This document shows positions 9,047-18,968 of a DNA stretch of 64,000 nt, piece after piece. The notes under the pieces are model-generated. The model was not told the origin of the DNA and made no database searches. It saw only the letters and a program-made list of their open reading frames with translations. How positions within the stretch are numbered: position 1 is the stretch's first letter; the number at the start of each line of letters is the position of its first letter. Position numbers and translations under genes: made by a program. The DNA is from Minisyncoccota bacterium (GTDB lineage Bacteria; Patescibacteriota; Minisyncoccia; Phycocordibacterales; JAACPR01), in assembly GCA_041674225.1 (NCBI GenBank), contig JBAYWG010000003.1:2582-66581 (forward strand), in the 5' to 3' direction.

Positions 9047-10103
9047 TGCTCTTTTTATACACTAAAACCAACTCCAAAGGAAGCTGTGGCACAGCACTTC
9101 GTCCGATCAAATCGTGAGCTTTTAGAAGTTGCAGGAGGATATCTGAATTTATTTTTATCTCTTTATCCTCAGCAATTTCAATCAAAAACTTCATGTCTTC
9201 TTCTGAGAAAATTTCTGTGAATTGCTTTTTTCGTGAATCAGAAATTTTCATCAAAATAATCGCACGCACTTTGCTCAAAACTAATTCCAAGAAAACTTTC
9301 ATATCGATATTTGATTCAGCTGCTTTTGCCAAAGAATTCAAACCAGCGTCGATATCATCTCCTGCCAAAGATTTTATATAATCATTTACCAACTCAGATT
9401 TTGGTGCGCCAGTCACTCTCTCCACTTCTTCAACTGAAATCTTTTTGTCTTTTGAAGAACTAATTACCTTTTGCAAAATTCCTTGTGCATCCCGGAAAGA
9501 TCCGTCAGCAAGAAGTCCTAACAAATCCGCAGCACTCACCTCCAAAGAAAAACCTTCTGCCTCTGCAGTTTTTTCAATCATGTCTCTCAAGATTTTTTGA
9601 TTAGGTTTTTTGAAAGTATAAGTCTGACAACGAGAAATAATTGTTTCCGGAATTTTTTCTGGTTCTGTAGTAGCTAAAATAAAAATTACATGTGAAGGCG
9701 GTTCCTCTAAAGTTTTTAGAAGCGCGTTGAAAGCGTGTTTTGAAAGCATGTGCACTTCGTCCAAAATATAAACTTTGTATTGTGAATCAAAAGGTTGAGT
9801 GTAAACAGATTCTGTTAGCAAACGCATTTCATCAACTCCGGTGTTTGAGGCGGCATCGATTTCATACAAGTCGTCGGCAGATGTTCCAATTTCTTTAGCA
9901 AAAATTCTTGCAATAGATGTCTTTCCGATTCCACGACTTCCAGAAAAAAGATACGCGTGCGAAATATTTCCAAGCTTAATCGATTCTGCCAAAACAGAAG
10001 TAACGTGCTCTTGTCCTAAAACATCTTTAAATTTTGCCGGTCGATATTTTGTGTACAGAGCAACTCGATCCGCTTGTGTTTTTTCGTCAGTTTTCTTAGC
10101 CAT
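9039..10103 (-). CDS. dnaX: DNA polymerase III subunit gamma/tau (short form)
   Basis: Walker A GSRGIGKT. DEVHML box. Clamp-loader AAA+ signature NALLKTLEEPP. Confidence 0.85.
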   Translation of the reverse strand: MAKKTDEKTQADRVALYTKYRPAKFKDVLGQEHVTSVLAESIKLGNISHAYLFSGSRGIGKTSIARIFAKEIGTSADDLYEIDAASNTGVDEMRLLTESVYTQPFDSQYKVYILDEVHMLSKHAFNALLKTLEEPPSHVIFILATTEPEKIPETIISRCQTYTFKKPNQKILRDMIEKTAEAEGFSLEVSAADLLGLLADGSFRDAQGILQKVISSSKDKKISVEEVERVTGAPKSELVNDYIKSLAGDDIDAGLNSLAKAAESNIDMKVFLELVLSKVRAIILMKISDSRKKQFTEIFSEEDMKFLIEIAEDKEIKINSDILLQLLKAHDLIGRSAVPQLPLELVLVYKKSNE

Positions 10104-10144
10104 ATGCTTGATAAAAAGATTATAGCATAAATGGTAATCTGGGC

Positions 10145-10196
10145 TTAAATAATTAAATAAAAAGAAATCAGCCCTTAGCGCGAACGCTAAGGGCTG
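10145..10196 (-). terminator. Strong intrinsic terminator (12-bp perfect stem, CGAA loop) on minus strand just upstream of dnaX
   Basis: cagcccttagcg-cgaa-cgctaagggctg. On the minus strand it is followed by ATTTCTTTTTATTT. Confidence 0.6.
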
Positions 10197-10965
10197 GGTT
10201 AAATTGGCGACAAATCTATATATCCGAAACGCTATTATCTTTTTTTAAAAAAAAGATAATTAAAACAGTAGCTACGGAGGCTTTTGTACCTCTTTCATGG
10301 CGATGCCTTTCTATCCGGCGGGATTGCCGGAAAATTTCCCGAATTCAATAAAATCTTGTAAATGCTGGCGGTTCCGACCGGCAGCGATTGCGACGATTAA
10401 GTCGCTATTCGTATAGAATTGGCCTGTAGTTCATGGGTAATATTAGTTTGTTTTGCTTTATCCTACTCGAATAAAGCTTCGTACTAGAGCATCTCGAGCT
10501 TTACACAAAGGTTAAGGTCGAAACTGTCCAAGGAACATCCTATCATGCATATAAAGTATTGTCAACTAGTTTGCAATGTATTTAAATCATACATCCAATC
10601 AACACTCTGAAATAAGGCTCAAATAAAAGAAAAAGACCTGTGCTTTCGTTGATTGTTGTTTCCTAGAAAAACAACTAAACGTAGCGACCAAGGTCAGATT
10701 TTGATGCTTTATGAGGCATGAAATAAGTTTCGAGAAAAAGTTTTCAGTTACTCTCGATGTACTTTGATTTGTTATTACTCTATGCGGCAAATGGGCCTCA
10801 GATCAACGGGTAATTAATCCATATAACTGTTTTCTTAACAATCCGAGTCGATGACTCAATTTCATACTTTCGTACATCCGAACCTATTAAGGTAAGGTTC
10901 TATTGTTCGGTTCTGTGTAAAAGGACCTCTGACTAAAAATATACTCCTGTCATATTTTTTGTCAA

Positions 10966-11970
10966 CTACTTTGTTCTCAAGAAATCCCCAATGATATTTT
11001 CGATCTCCCCCACGTCTTTAGCCTCCATCAATTTCATTCGGAGTTCTTTGGCACCATCAAAACCTTCAACGTACGCTTTGTAGTGTTTTTTCATCACTGC
11101 AAAATTTTTATGAAATAAAATCTCCGAGAATAATTTGGTATGCTCAATCAAAACCTTCAATCTTTCTTCTAAACTAATATCTCGATCACGAATAATTTCT
11201 TTATTAAAAAACCAAGGATTACCAAAAATTCCCCGACCAATCATCACTCCATCAATTCCAGTTTCCTCAATAATACTTTTCGATTTTTCTAAAGTATCAA
11301 TATCGCCGTTACCAAGCAGAATTGTTTCTGGAGAAATTTTATCTCGAAGTTCAATTGCCTTTTTTGCCAACTCCCAATGTGCAGGAACTTTTGACATTTC
11401 TTTTCTAGTTCGCCAATGAATTGTTAAAGCATCTGGTTTTGTTGAAAGAATTTCTGAAACTCAATCTTCCATTTCTGAGATGTTGTTGTATCCAATACGA
11501 GTTTTGACTGATATGGGTAGTAGCGGCGCGCCTTGGCGCGCCGCTTTTATAATCACCTTCGCCAACTCAGGATTTTTAATTAAGGATGCTCCACTTTTTT
11601 GTTTCTCCACAGATCTATCAGGACATCCCATATTTATATCCAAACCATCAAAACCCAAATCCTGAACAAGCTTCGCTGCCTTCTCCATCATCTCCGGCTT
11701 TCCAGAAAAAAGCTGAGCCACTATCGGACGCTCGGCTTCTGTATATTCCAAATCCTTCAATAATTTTTGTTTTGAAGAAAGTCCTGAATCATCCACATTA
11801 TCGTCAGGTGCCATCACCAACCCATCTGCCGAAACGAATTCTGTCCAAGTTACATCCGGCTTTCCATACTTTGCAAACAAACGACGAAAAGAAGCGTCAG
11901 TCACATCCGCCATTGGGGCCAAAACTATTATTGGTTTATTTAATTGCTTCCAAAAATTCCGAGAAGTCAT
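10966..11970 (-). pseudogene. dus: tRNA-dihydrouridine synthase (Dus) interrupted by a single in-frame TGA (track ORFs 11461..11970 and 10966..11397 are one continuous frame)
   Basis: The N-part carries LAPMADVTD and the catalytic DINMGCP. After the TGA at 11461-11463 the same frame continues VSEILSTKPDALTIHWRTRKEM-MSKVPAHWE... into the conserved Dus C-terminal half. There is no frameshift. Confidence 0.65.
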
Positions 11971-11981
11971 AAGTTCTCTAT

Positions 11982-12998
11982 TTATTCATATCGGACGTTC
12001 TTTTGCAAATAGTTCAGAATATTTTTTGTATCCTTTTCAATATCTTTTGTGTTCAAAATAATAATCGCAATCTTTCTTTTATTGTGTTCCTTTTCACCGT
12101 GATCTCCCTCAAACTCTATTTCAAACAAAGCAACGTTCGTTTTACCCGCAGCATCTATATATCCATTTTTTCCACCTGAATAACCGTCGTAATTTTTAAA
12201 CCTAGAATTTGAATACCAAACTTTATTTCCCAATCTAAAACTTTTATTTAACGTAACTTCAAAAATAAAATTTCGATATTTAGAAATATATTGTACTAAT
12301 TTAAATACATCGTTTGGGCTAGAGACATTTTTTGAAGACAACCCACTAGGATCTTCATAAAAAGTTTTAGTCATTTCCAAAAGTTTAGCTTTTGTATTCA
12401 TGTCTAAAATAAAAGTATATCTTTCATCAAACTCAGCAATAGACTCTGCCACATCATTTGAGGATTCTAAAAGCAAAGGATAGAAAAGAGTTTCTATAGA
12501 ATATTTTTCACCACGACGAACATTTCCCTGCTCACCATAAGTGCTCATAGCTCGGCTAGAAATAACTGTTTCTTTTTCTAAGCCAATATTTTCATCTGCA
12601 ATAACAGCTGTCATCAATTTTGAAAGCGAAGCAATTGGCACAGACTCGTCTTCTCCTTTACTAAAAATAATTTGACCGGTTTCAACATCTCCAACTAAAA
12701 AATATTTTGCTCCAATTGTTGGAAATTTTGCTCCTTCAGCAATTCTATACTTTCTCAAAAAACTTACTTGATCTGTTTCAAAATCATCAGCATAAGGACC
12801 ACCCAAACCATCTTGCACAACAATTCCTCTACCAAAACTTATCTTTCGATGAGCATATATTTCCTGATACTTTTGAGCGCCAAGTGCATACAACTCAACA
12901 GAAACTGTTTTGATTCCAATAAAAGCAAAGTACAGAACAAAAACAGAGACAATTGAAATCAAAATTATTTTTATTGTTTTGTAATTTCCTAAATTCAT
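11982..12998 (-). CDS. D-alanyl-D-alanine carboxypeptidase (peptidase S11, PBP5/6-like)
   Basis: N-terminal TM. SxxK (SLSKLMTA), SxN (SSND) and KNG motifs. Confidence 0.7.
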   Translation of the reverse strand: MNLGNYKTIKIILISIVSVFVLYFAFIGIKTVSVELYALGAQKYQEIYAHRKISFGRGIVVQDGLGGPYADDFETDQVSFLRKYRIAEGAKFPTIGAKYFLVGDVETGQIIFSKGEDESVPIASLSKLMTAVIADENIGLEKETVISSRAMSTYGEQGNVRRGEKYSIETLFYPLLLESSNDVAESIAEFDERYTFILDMNTKAKLLEMTKTFYEDPSGLSSKNVSSPNDVFKLVQYISKYRNFIFEVTLNKSFRLGNKVWYSNSRFKNYDGYSGGKNGYIDAAGKTNVALFEIEFEGDHGEKEHNKRKIAIIILNTKDIEKDTKNILNYLQKNVRYE

Positions 12999-15422
12999 TT
13001 AAGCAACAAATTTATCAATTGATAAAGTCCCGTCTGCTTGTGGTTCTAAAATTATCTTGTCTCCGTTCGCAACTTCACCTTTAATCATCGCGTCGGCAAT
13101 TTTCTTTTCAACCAAATCTTGAATTGTTCTTTTTACAGCTCTGGCTCCGAATTGTGGATCGGCCCCCACGTTCACCAAATAATCCACCAATTTTTCTGTT
13201 GCAATAATACTCAAATTTTTATCTTCCAATCTCTTATTAAGAGCAGCCAACATAAGTTTGATAACATTTTTCAAAGCAGTTTGATCCAAAGGATGGAATA
13301 CAATCACTCCATCAAAACGGTTCAAAAGCTCCGGACGGAAAAGTCCTTTTTTTACCACTTCATCAACTATTTTTTGTTGATCCAAAATAATATCTTCTTT
13401 GTTTCTAATTGATTCATAAATAGAATCACTACCAGCGTTGGAAGTAGCAATAATAATTAAATTCCTCGCATTCACTCTCTCACCTCTTCCGTCTGTGAAA
13501 AATCCTTCATCTAAAACTTGTAGAAATAAATCCTGAACGGTCTTTGCACTTTTTTCAAACTCATCCAAAAGCAAAACTCCGTATTGAGATTCTCGAAGTT
13601 TCGAAGAAAGAAATCCTGTCTCGCCAGTTTTCGCTGTTCCGATTAATTTTTCTAGAGCATTTTCTGATGAATACTCCGACATATCCACTCTAATAATTTT
13701 TTCTTCATTTCCAAAAAATACTTCTGCAAGAGCTTTTGTAGTTTCAGTTTTTCCTACACCTGTTGGACCAAGGAAAAGAAATGATCCTGTTGGTCTCTTT
13801 GAATCTGTAAGTCCTGCTCGAGAACGACGCATGGTAGAAGAAATAGCATTTATCGCAGCATCTTGCCCGACAATTCTCTGATGTAAAATCTGTTCTAAAC
13901 TATTCAATTTGGTTTGCTCCGCATCACCGATTTTTCCTTGTGGAATTCCAGTTCTGTTTTCAACAACCTTTTCAACTTTTTCTTGAGTAATTATTTGCAT
14001 CTTTCTTCCGACCGCAGAATCACTTGCGACTTCATTTAATAGATCAACAGCTTTGTCATACAAAGAATCATCAGCAAAAAATCTTTCAGAACTTTTTACC
14101 ACAGCAATCAAAGATTGATATGTAAAAAACACTGGCATTTTAGATTCAATAATATTTGCTTCGTTGTGAATCACCTGCACAATGGCATCATGTTCCAATT
14201 CTGGAATAATAATTTTTTCAAAAAATCTAGTTAGGTCGTGAGAAGTCTCTACGGTCTCGTGATATGCATGAGTATTTGCCACCGCAATAATTTGCAATCT
14301 TTCTGAAGTTAGAGAATTCGCCAATAGACTTTTCACATCCACATCCAAAGCACTCGCACTCGCAATAAAATGCGGTAAATCCTTAATCACAAGAATAACG
14401 TTTCCAGCATTTATTACTTGAGCCAAAACAGAATTCAACTCAGTTTCCAAATCTACTTTTTGTTTCATTGAATCAATGATTGAATCCGTATCTAAAACAT
14501 AAACCTTCTTTCCTTCTATCTCATGTCGCACCGTTCCATTTTCAATTTCTTTTCCAAGAGCAGAAACCCACTGCATCGCCAAAATAGTTTCATTTGCAAT
14601 CAAAAGAATATTTGCACCACTTTGTTTTGCCAAAATTCTTTCCAAATTGTTTACACTTTCTTCAAACAAACTAAGCTTTCCAGAAATACTGTGGAAAATT
14701 GAGTCGTTAGAAATCGGATAACCGTATTTTTCCAAATTATAAATCTGTCCATAAGCCCAATCTCTTCCAATCGAAGGAACACGAGAAAGACGATCTCTGT
14801 GCCACCAAGCTTCCCTTTCAATAACAGTTTTTTGATTTTGAGAAATCCAATCAAGAGTTCCCTTCCAAATATTTCCATCTACACCAAAAGTTCGCAGAAA
14901 TGCGGCGAACTCAATATCAAAATGCAAAATTGAACGAGCGTATTCCGCAACTGTTATAAAAGGATCTTTATCGTTTTCAATCACAAAATATTCATCTTTT
15001 GAAACAGTATGCTTTCTTTCGGATAAAAATCGATTAACTTCTTTTTGTGAAATCCCTACTCGCAACATCGCAAACTGCCCAATATCAGAGTTTAAGAAAC
15101 TTTTTGTAATGTCATCTGTTTTTGTATTTTCAATAATTTTTGCAACTTCAAAATCCATTGAATTTTTTGAAAAGTAATACGAAAAAAACATCGCGTCCAA
15201 AAGATAGAAAGCAATCCAAAGACTGAAAGTAATAAACAGCAATCCTCTGATGTTAAAAGTATAATCTGGAAAAAGACCAAACAAAGAAATTATGAAAGCT
15301 ACAGCAATAAAAAACATCAAAATCTTACGAACATTTTTTCTAAACTCTCGCGGAATAATTTTATCCAAAAGTATGGCTGGATAAACTTCAAAAACTTTTT
15401 GTGCTAATTGGTGAAATTTCAT
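12999..15422 (-). CDS. Membrane-anchored Clp/Hsp100-family ATPase (ClpB/ClpC-like) with degenerate first AAA module and intact D2
   Basis: N-terminal ~100 aa holds 2-3 TM helices. The D1-like region lacks Walker A (ANETILAM in place of GEPGVGKT). D2 has GPTGVGKT, LLLDEFEK, NRFDGVIVF and the ClpB D2-small domain. Confidence 0.7.
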   Translation of the reverse strand: MKFHQLAQKVFEVYPAILLDKIIPREFRKNVRKILMFFIAVAFIISLFGLFPDYTFNIRGLLFITFSLWIAFYLLDAMFFSYYFSKNSMDFEVAKIIENTKTDDITKSFLNSDIGQFAMLRVGISQKEVNRFLSERKHTVSKDEYFVIENDKDPFITVAEYARSILHFDIEFAAFLRTFGVDGNIWKGTLDWISQNQKTVIEREAWWHRDRLSRVPSIGRDWAYGQIYNLEKYGYPISNDSIFHSISGKLSLFEESVNNLERILAKQSGANILLIANETILAMQWVSALGKEIENGTVRHEIEGKKVYVLDTDSIIDSMKQKVDLETELNSVLAQVINAGNVILVIKDLPHFIASASALDVDVKSLLANSLTSERLQIIAVANTHAYHETVETSHDLTRFFEKIIIPELEHDAIVQVIHNEANIIESKMPVFFTYQSLIAVVKSSERFFADDSLYDKAVDLLNEVASDSAVGRKMQIITQEKVEKVVENRTGIPQGKIGDAEQTKLNSLEQILHQRIVGQDAAINAISSTMRRSRAGLTDSKRPTGSFLFLGPTGVGKTETTKALAEVFFGNEEKIIRVDMSEYSSENALEKLIGTAKTGETGFLSSKLRESQYGVLLLDEFEKSAKTVQDLFLQVLDEGFFTDGRGERVNARNLIIIATSNAGSDSIYESIRNKEDIILDQQKIVDEVVKKGLFRPELLNRFDGVIVFHPLDQTALKNVIKLMLAALNKRLEDKNLSIIATEKLVDYLVNVGADPQFGARAVKRTIQDLVEKKIADAMIKGEVANGDKIILEPQADGTLSIDKFVA

Positions 15423-15820
15423 AGATTTGGAATTTTAAGGGTTGAAATAATTCCGAGAACGAACATTCCCAACAAAACCAAAGGCAATATTAACCAAATT
15501 ATAAAAAATATAGATGAGAATATTATAAAGAAAGCCAAAGAAAATAATCCCAAAATAATAAAGAAACTTCGTATTCCAAAACCAACCAGCCTCATGAGCA
15601 AGTTGGTCACAAGAGCAGAGAAAAAATCTTGAATATCAAATCTTTTTGTAGATTTCACACTTAACTTTTGAAAAGGAACAAAAAGAGTTTGCAAGAGAAT
15701 CTTAATTGAAAACATATTCCAAATAAACCAAATAAAGTTTTTGAATATTCCAATTAAGTCAGAGATGGCTTTAGTGTAATGCCAAGAAATATAATGCGGA
15801 GCAATTAATAAAAAATTCAT
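15419..15820 (-). CDS. Hypothetical small membrane protein
   Basis: 133 aa with 3 TM segments. Confidence 0.35.
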   Translation of the reverse strand: MNFLLIAPHYISWHYTKAISDLIGIFKNFIWFIWNMFSIKILLQTLFVPFQKLSVKSTKRFDIQDFFSALVTNLLMRLVGFGIRSFFIILGLFSLAFFIIFSSIFFIIWLILPLVLLGMFVLGIISTLKIPNL

Positions 15821-15838
15821 ATCTATTATTATACAAGA

Positions 15839-16750
15839 TTATTTCAGCTTATAGAAAACTCTATTCCCAAATCTAAGGTCAATATAATCGATGTTTGCAA
15901 ACTGTGCCTGATTAATAGCGTCTCTTTTTATAACTGTTTCTAAATTATCAAAAATTTCCAAAATATCTCCCTCACCATCTATATAAATCTTAACTCTTTC
16001 TTTTGTGACAATCGCATAAACCTCCCCATCATTAGTCCAAATTTCATCCGCTGTAATATTCAATCTTCTCAAAAGCTTCACAAACTCAATAAGATTGTGA
16101 AAAGTTTTTTTATTAGCATAACTTTGTTTTAAAGGATCAACTTCTATAAAACCAAAAGTTTTAATCACCTCACTACTTTTATCATATTCAGTTTTTGCAA
16201 AAACCACTCCGTCTTCGTTTACAAAATAACAATTCGCATTATTAAAACTATTTAAAACTTGTGGAATCGCAGAGCTTTTTATAGACTGAGCTTCTTCTGA
16301 ATCAGCACTTTCTGAACCTTCATACAAAGAGACATTTGAAGGAGTTACGGGCACGTCACACCAAAGAGCTGTCGAAATATACTCTGTTAATTCAACATCG
16401 ATAGTACTCAAACCTTTCAAGTCCACATCCACTTTTTCGATTGAAGAATAATTATTTTTAATTGCTCGAGATATTTTTGATCTAGAAAAAATTAATGCAT
16501 TTGATTTTGCGAAAAGTCCTAAATATCTACCCTCTAACTGTGTCTTAATTAAATCCTCAACTTCCACTCTATTTGCATGTTCAGTTTCATTTACAACAAT
16601 CTGTTGAATTCTCAAAAAACTTGCGTTCGTAATATAAATTAAACCCAAAATCAAAACTGCAAAAATAAAAATTGCCAAGATTAATTTAATCTTTTTCTCC
16701 TTTCGTCTTTTGTCTCGCATTCGCGAAGATTGATAAGGATTTTCCTGCAT
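15839..16750 (-). CDS. FtsQ/DivIB-like cell-division protein (basic N-terminus, single TM, POTRA-like region)
   Basis: The topology and the segment IQQIVVNETEH...VEDLIKTQL resemble a POTRA domain. Confidence 0.45.
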   Translation of the reverse strand: MQENPYQSSRMRDKRRKEKKIKLILAIFIFAVLILGLIYITNASFLRIQQIVVNETEHANRVEVEDLIKTQLEGRYLGLFAKSNALIFSRSKISRAIKNNYSSIEKVDVDLKGLSTIDVELTEYISTALWCDVPVTPSNVSLYEGSESADSEEAQSIKSSAIPQVLNSFNNANCYFVNEDGVVFAKTEYDKSSEVIKTFGFIEVDPLKQSYANKKTFHNLIEFVKLLRRLNITADEIWTNDGEVYAIVTKERVKIYIDGEGDILEIFDNLETVIKRDAINQAQFANIDYIDLRFGNRVFYKLK

Positions 16751-16763
16751 CCTAGATAGTGTA

Positions 16764-18050
16764 CTACGATTTTATTATTTCTGTACCACCCATATACTTT
16801 TTCAAAACTTCTGGCACAGCTACAGTTCCATCTTCTAATTGATAGTTTTCGATTATTGCAATCAACATTCTTCCAATCGCAAAAAGAGTTGCATCATTCA
16901 TGTGAACAAATTCTAATTTTCCTTCTGCATTTTTATATCGAGTATTTAGACGTCGAGGTTGGAAACTTGTCATCAAATCTGCTGAGTGAGTTTCTCTATA
17001 TGTATTTTGTCCTGGCATCCAAGTGTTCACATCGATTTGTCGATAATCAGGAAGACCCATATCACCTGTACATACAAGCATCACTTCATGTGGAAGATTT
17101 AATTTTCTCAACATGTATTCTTGAATTGCTACCAAGAAATCTTGTTCTCTTAGAGAATCTTCTGGTTTTGTAAAAGATTCCATTTCCAATTTATCAAATT
17201 GATGTTGTCTCAAAATTCCTTTTGTATCTTTTCCATATGAACCAGCTTCTCTTCGGAAACATGTTGAGTATCCTAAATATCTGATTGGCAATTCTTCACC
17301 AGCAAAAGTTTCATCCATGTGCATTGGACCCACTGTGTGTTCTGCACTTCCTGCAAGATAAATATCGTCTGCTTCCAAATGATATTTATCTTCTCGAGGT
17401 TCTAGTCGCGCCATTCGATTGTAAACAGCAGGTTTTACAAAAGTTGGAGGAACAATTAAACGAAAAGGTTTTGTACTTACATTCAATCCAGCTTCTTCCG
17501 CGATAGTTTTTAAAATCTCTTCATCTGTCACAGTGTCGAAAGCCATTTGCACAAGAGCAAACTGCATTCGTGCTAAACCTCCTTTAATATATGCAAATCG
17601 TGAACCAGAAACATTTCCAGCTCTTTCACTATCAATGATGTCCAAATCTTTTCCAATATCCCAATGAGCTTTTGGTTCAAAAGAAAATTGTGGAACTTCA
17701 CCCCATTGTCGGATAACTTTATTTTCAGAATCATCTTTTCCAATTGGAGTATCCGCTGAAGGAATGTTTGGAATTTGTAGCATCAATGCGATAAATTTTT
17801 TATCTACTTCTGCAAGTTCAGTTTCCACCACAGCACCTTCTTCTTTTAATTGTTTACCTAAATCAATATTTTGAGTTTTCGCAGCTTCGTTTCTTTGAGC
17901 ATTGATTCCATCCAGCTTTTGTCCAAGCTCTTTCTTTTTGTCAGCAAGTGCTAAAAGATCGTCAAGGTTCACAACCTCCTTAACTTTCTTGTTTTGCATC
18001 GCCATTTCAACGATTTCCCTATTTTCCCTAATGAATTTTGTATCTAACAT
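16764..18050 (-). CDS. serS: Seryl-tRNA synthetase
   Basis: N-terminal coiled-coil arm. Class II motifs including FRREAGSYGKDTKGILRQHQFDKLE. Confidence 0.9.
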   Translation of the reverse strand: MLDTKFIRENREIVEMAMQNKKVKEVVNLDDLLALADKKKELGQKLDGINAQRNEAAKTQNIDLGKQLKEEGAVVETELAEVDKKFIALMLQIPNIPSADTPIGKDDSENKVIRQWGEVPQFSFEPKAHWDIGKDLDIIDSERAGNVSGSRFAYIKGGLARMQFALVQMAFDTVTDEEILKTIAEEAGLNVSTKPFRLIVPPTFVKPAVYNRMARLEPREDKYHLEADDIYLAGSAEHTVGPMHMDETFAGEELPIRYLGYSTCFRREAGSYGKDTKGILRQHQFDKLEMESFTKPEDSLREQDFLVAIQEYMLRKLNLPHEVMLVCTGDMGLPDYRQIDVNTWMPGQNTYRETHSADLMTSFQPRRLNTRYKNAEGKLEFVHMNDATLFAIGRMLIAIIENYQLEDGTVAVPEVLKKYMGGTEIIKS

Positions 18051-18101
18051 TTTAGTATTTTTTTATCGCTACATAATAACAAAAATGGCAAATTATAGCC
18101 A

Positions 18102-18965
18102 ATGTTAAAAAAATGCAAATTGTTGGGTAAGAATTATTGGCCAAAGAAGATATTTGAGACACCTTTCCCGCCTGATAAGCTCTGGTATATAGGAGAAGTG
18201 CCGGATTTCTCTCAAAAATTGCTTGCTGTAGTGGGTTCTAGAAAATTCAGTTCTTATGGCAAGCTGGCATGTGAACATATAATAGAAGGATTGCGTGGAT
18301 ACCCGATCACAATAGTTTCTGGGTTGGCGCTCGGCATAGACAGCATCGCTCACCAATCAGCAATTGAAAATGGCTTGAATTGCTTAGCAGTGCCAGGCTC
18401 CGGCCTCGCGCCCAACTCCCTCTATCCTCCCAAGAATCATCGTCTTGCAGAAAGAATTATCGAAAACGGCGGATGTCTAATCTCGGAGTTTGAACCCGAG
18501 ATGCCGTCTTTGCCTTGGATGTTTCCACAAAGAAATAGAATCATGGCAGGAATTACTGACGCCGTATTAATAATAGAGGCCGAAGAAAAATCTGGTACAC
18601 TCATCACAGCTCGACTAGCACTCGATTACAATCGCGAAGTCATGACAATTCCTCATTCTATTTTTTCTCAAAATGGAACTGGTTCAAACAAACTTTTAAA
18701 AGACGGTGCTCATTTGATAAACAGCGCAAAAGATATTTTGGAAATTTTAGGATTTGCTACAGAAGAAAATATTCAAAGAGAATTTGATTTCAAAGATTTT
18801 AGTGACGCAGAAATTTTAATTATTAAAAATTTAGATTCTCCGCAAAATATCGAAGAATTAATTTCAAAAATTGATCTACCAATAAATATACTCAACCAAA
18901 CAATTTCTCTTTTAGAAATCAAAGGAATCATTAAAAGAAATGAAAATATTATTCAATTAAAATAA
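18102..18965 (+). CDS. dprA: DNA-processing protein DprA/Smf
   Basis: The Rossmann-like DprA core GSRKFSSYG...IVSGLALGIDSIAHQ...PGSGL is present. Confidence 0.85.
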   Translation: MLKKCKLLGKNYWPKKIFETPFPPDKLWYIGEVPDFSQKLLAVVGSRKFSSYGKLACEHIIEGLRGYPITIVSGLALGIDSIAHQSAIENGLNCLAVPGSGLAPNSLYPPKNHRLAERIIENGGCLISEFEPEMPSLPWMFPQRNRIMAGITDAVLIIEAEEKSGTLITARLALDYNREVMTIPHSIFSQNGTGSNKLLKDGAHLINSAKDILEILGFATEENIQREFDFKDFSDAEILIIKNLDSPQNIEELISKIDLPINILNQTISLLEIKGIIKRNENIIQLK

Positions 18966-18968
18966 TTC

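Noticed and set aside
10169-10196. The 12-bp hairpin as SRP RNA helix 8 (domain IV)
   Set aside because: The stem is perfectly paired with no symmetric or asymmetric internal loops and no AGCAGC or GGAA-type apical motif. It is directly followed by a U-run on the minus strand. This is terminator-like.
10300-10420. 39-codon ORF MAMPFYPAGLPENFPNSIKSCKCWRFRPAAIATIKSLFV as a small Cys-containing peptide gene
   Set aside because: There is no RBS and no conservation cue, and it lies inside a probable structured RNA region. Too speculative.
10966-11970. Genome-wide UGA reassignment (code 25 UGA=Gly or code 4 UGA=Trp) as the explanation for the TGA in dus
   Set aside because: TGA ends the 4012..4491 gene at its natural C-terminus. 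Very long ORFs (1013, 807, 793 aa) are uninterrupted under the standard code. Only one in-frame TGA was seen in the window.
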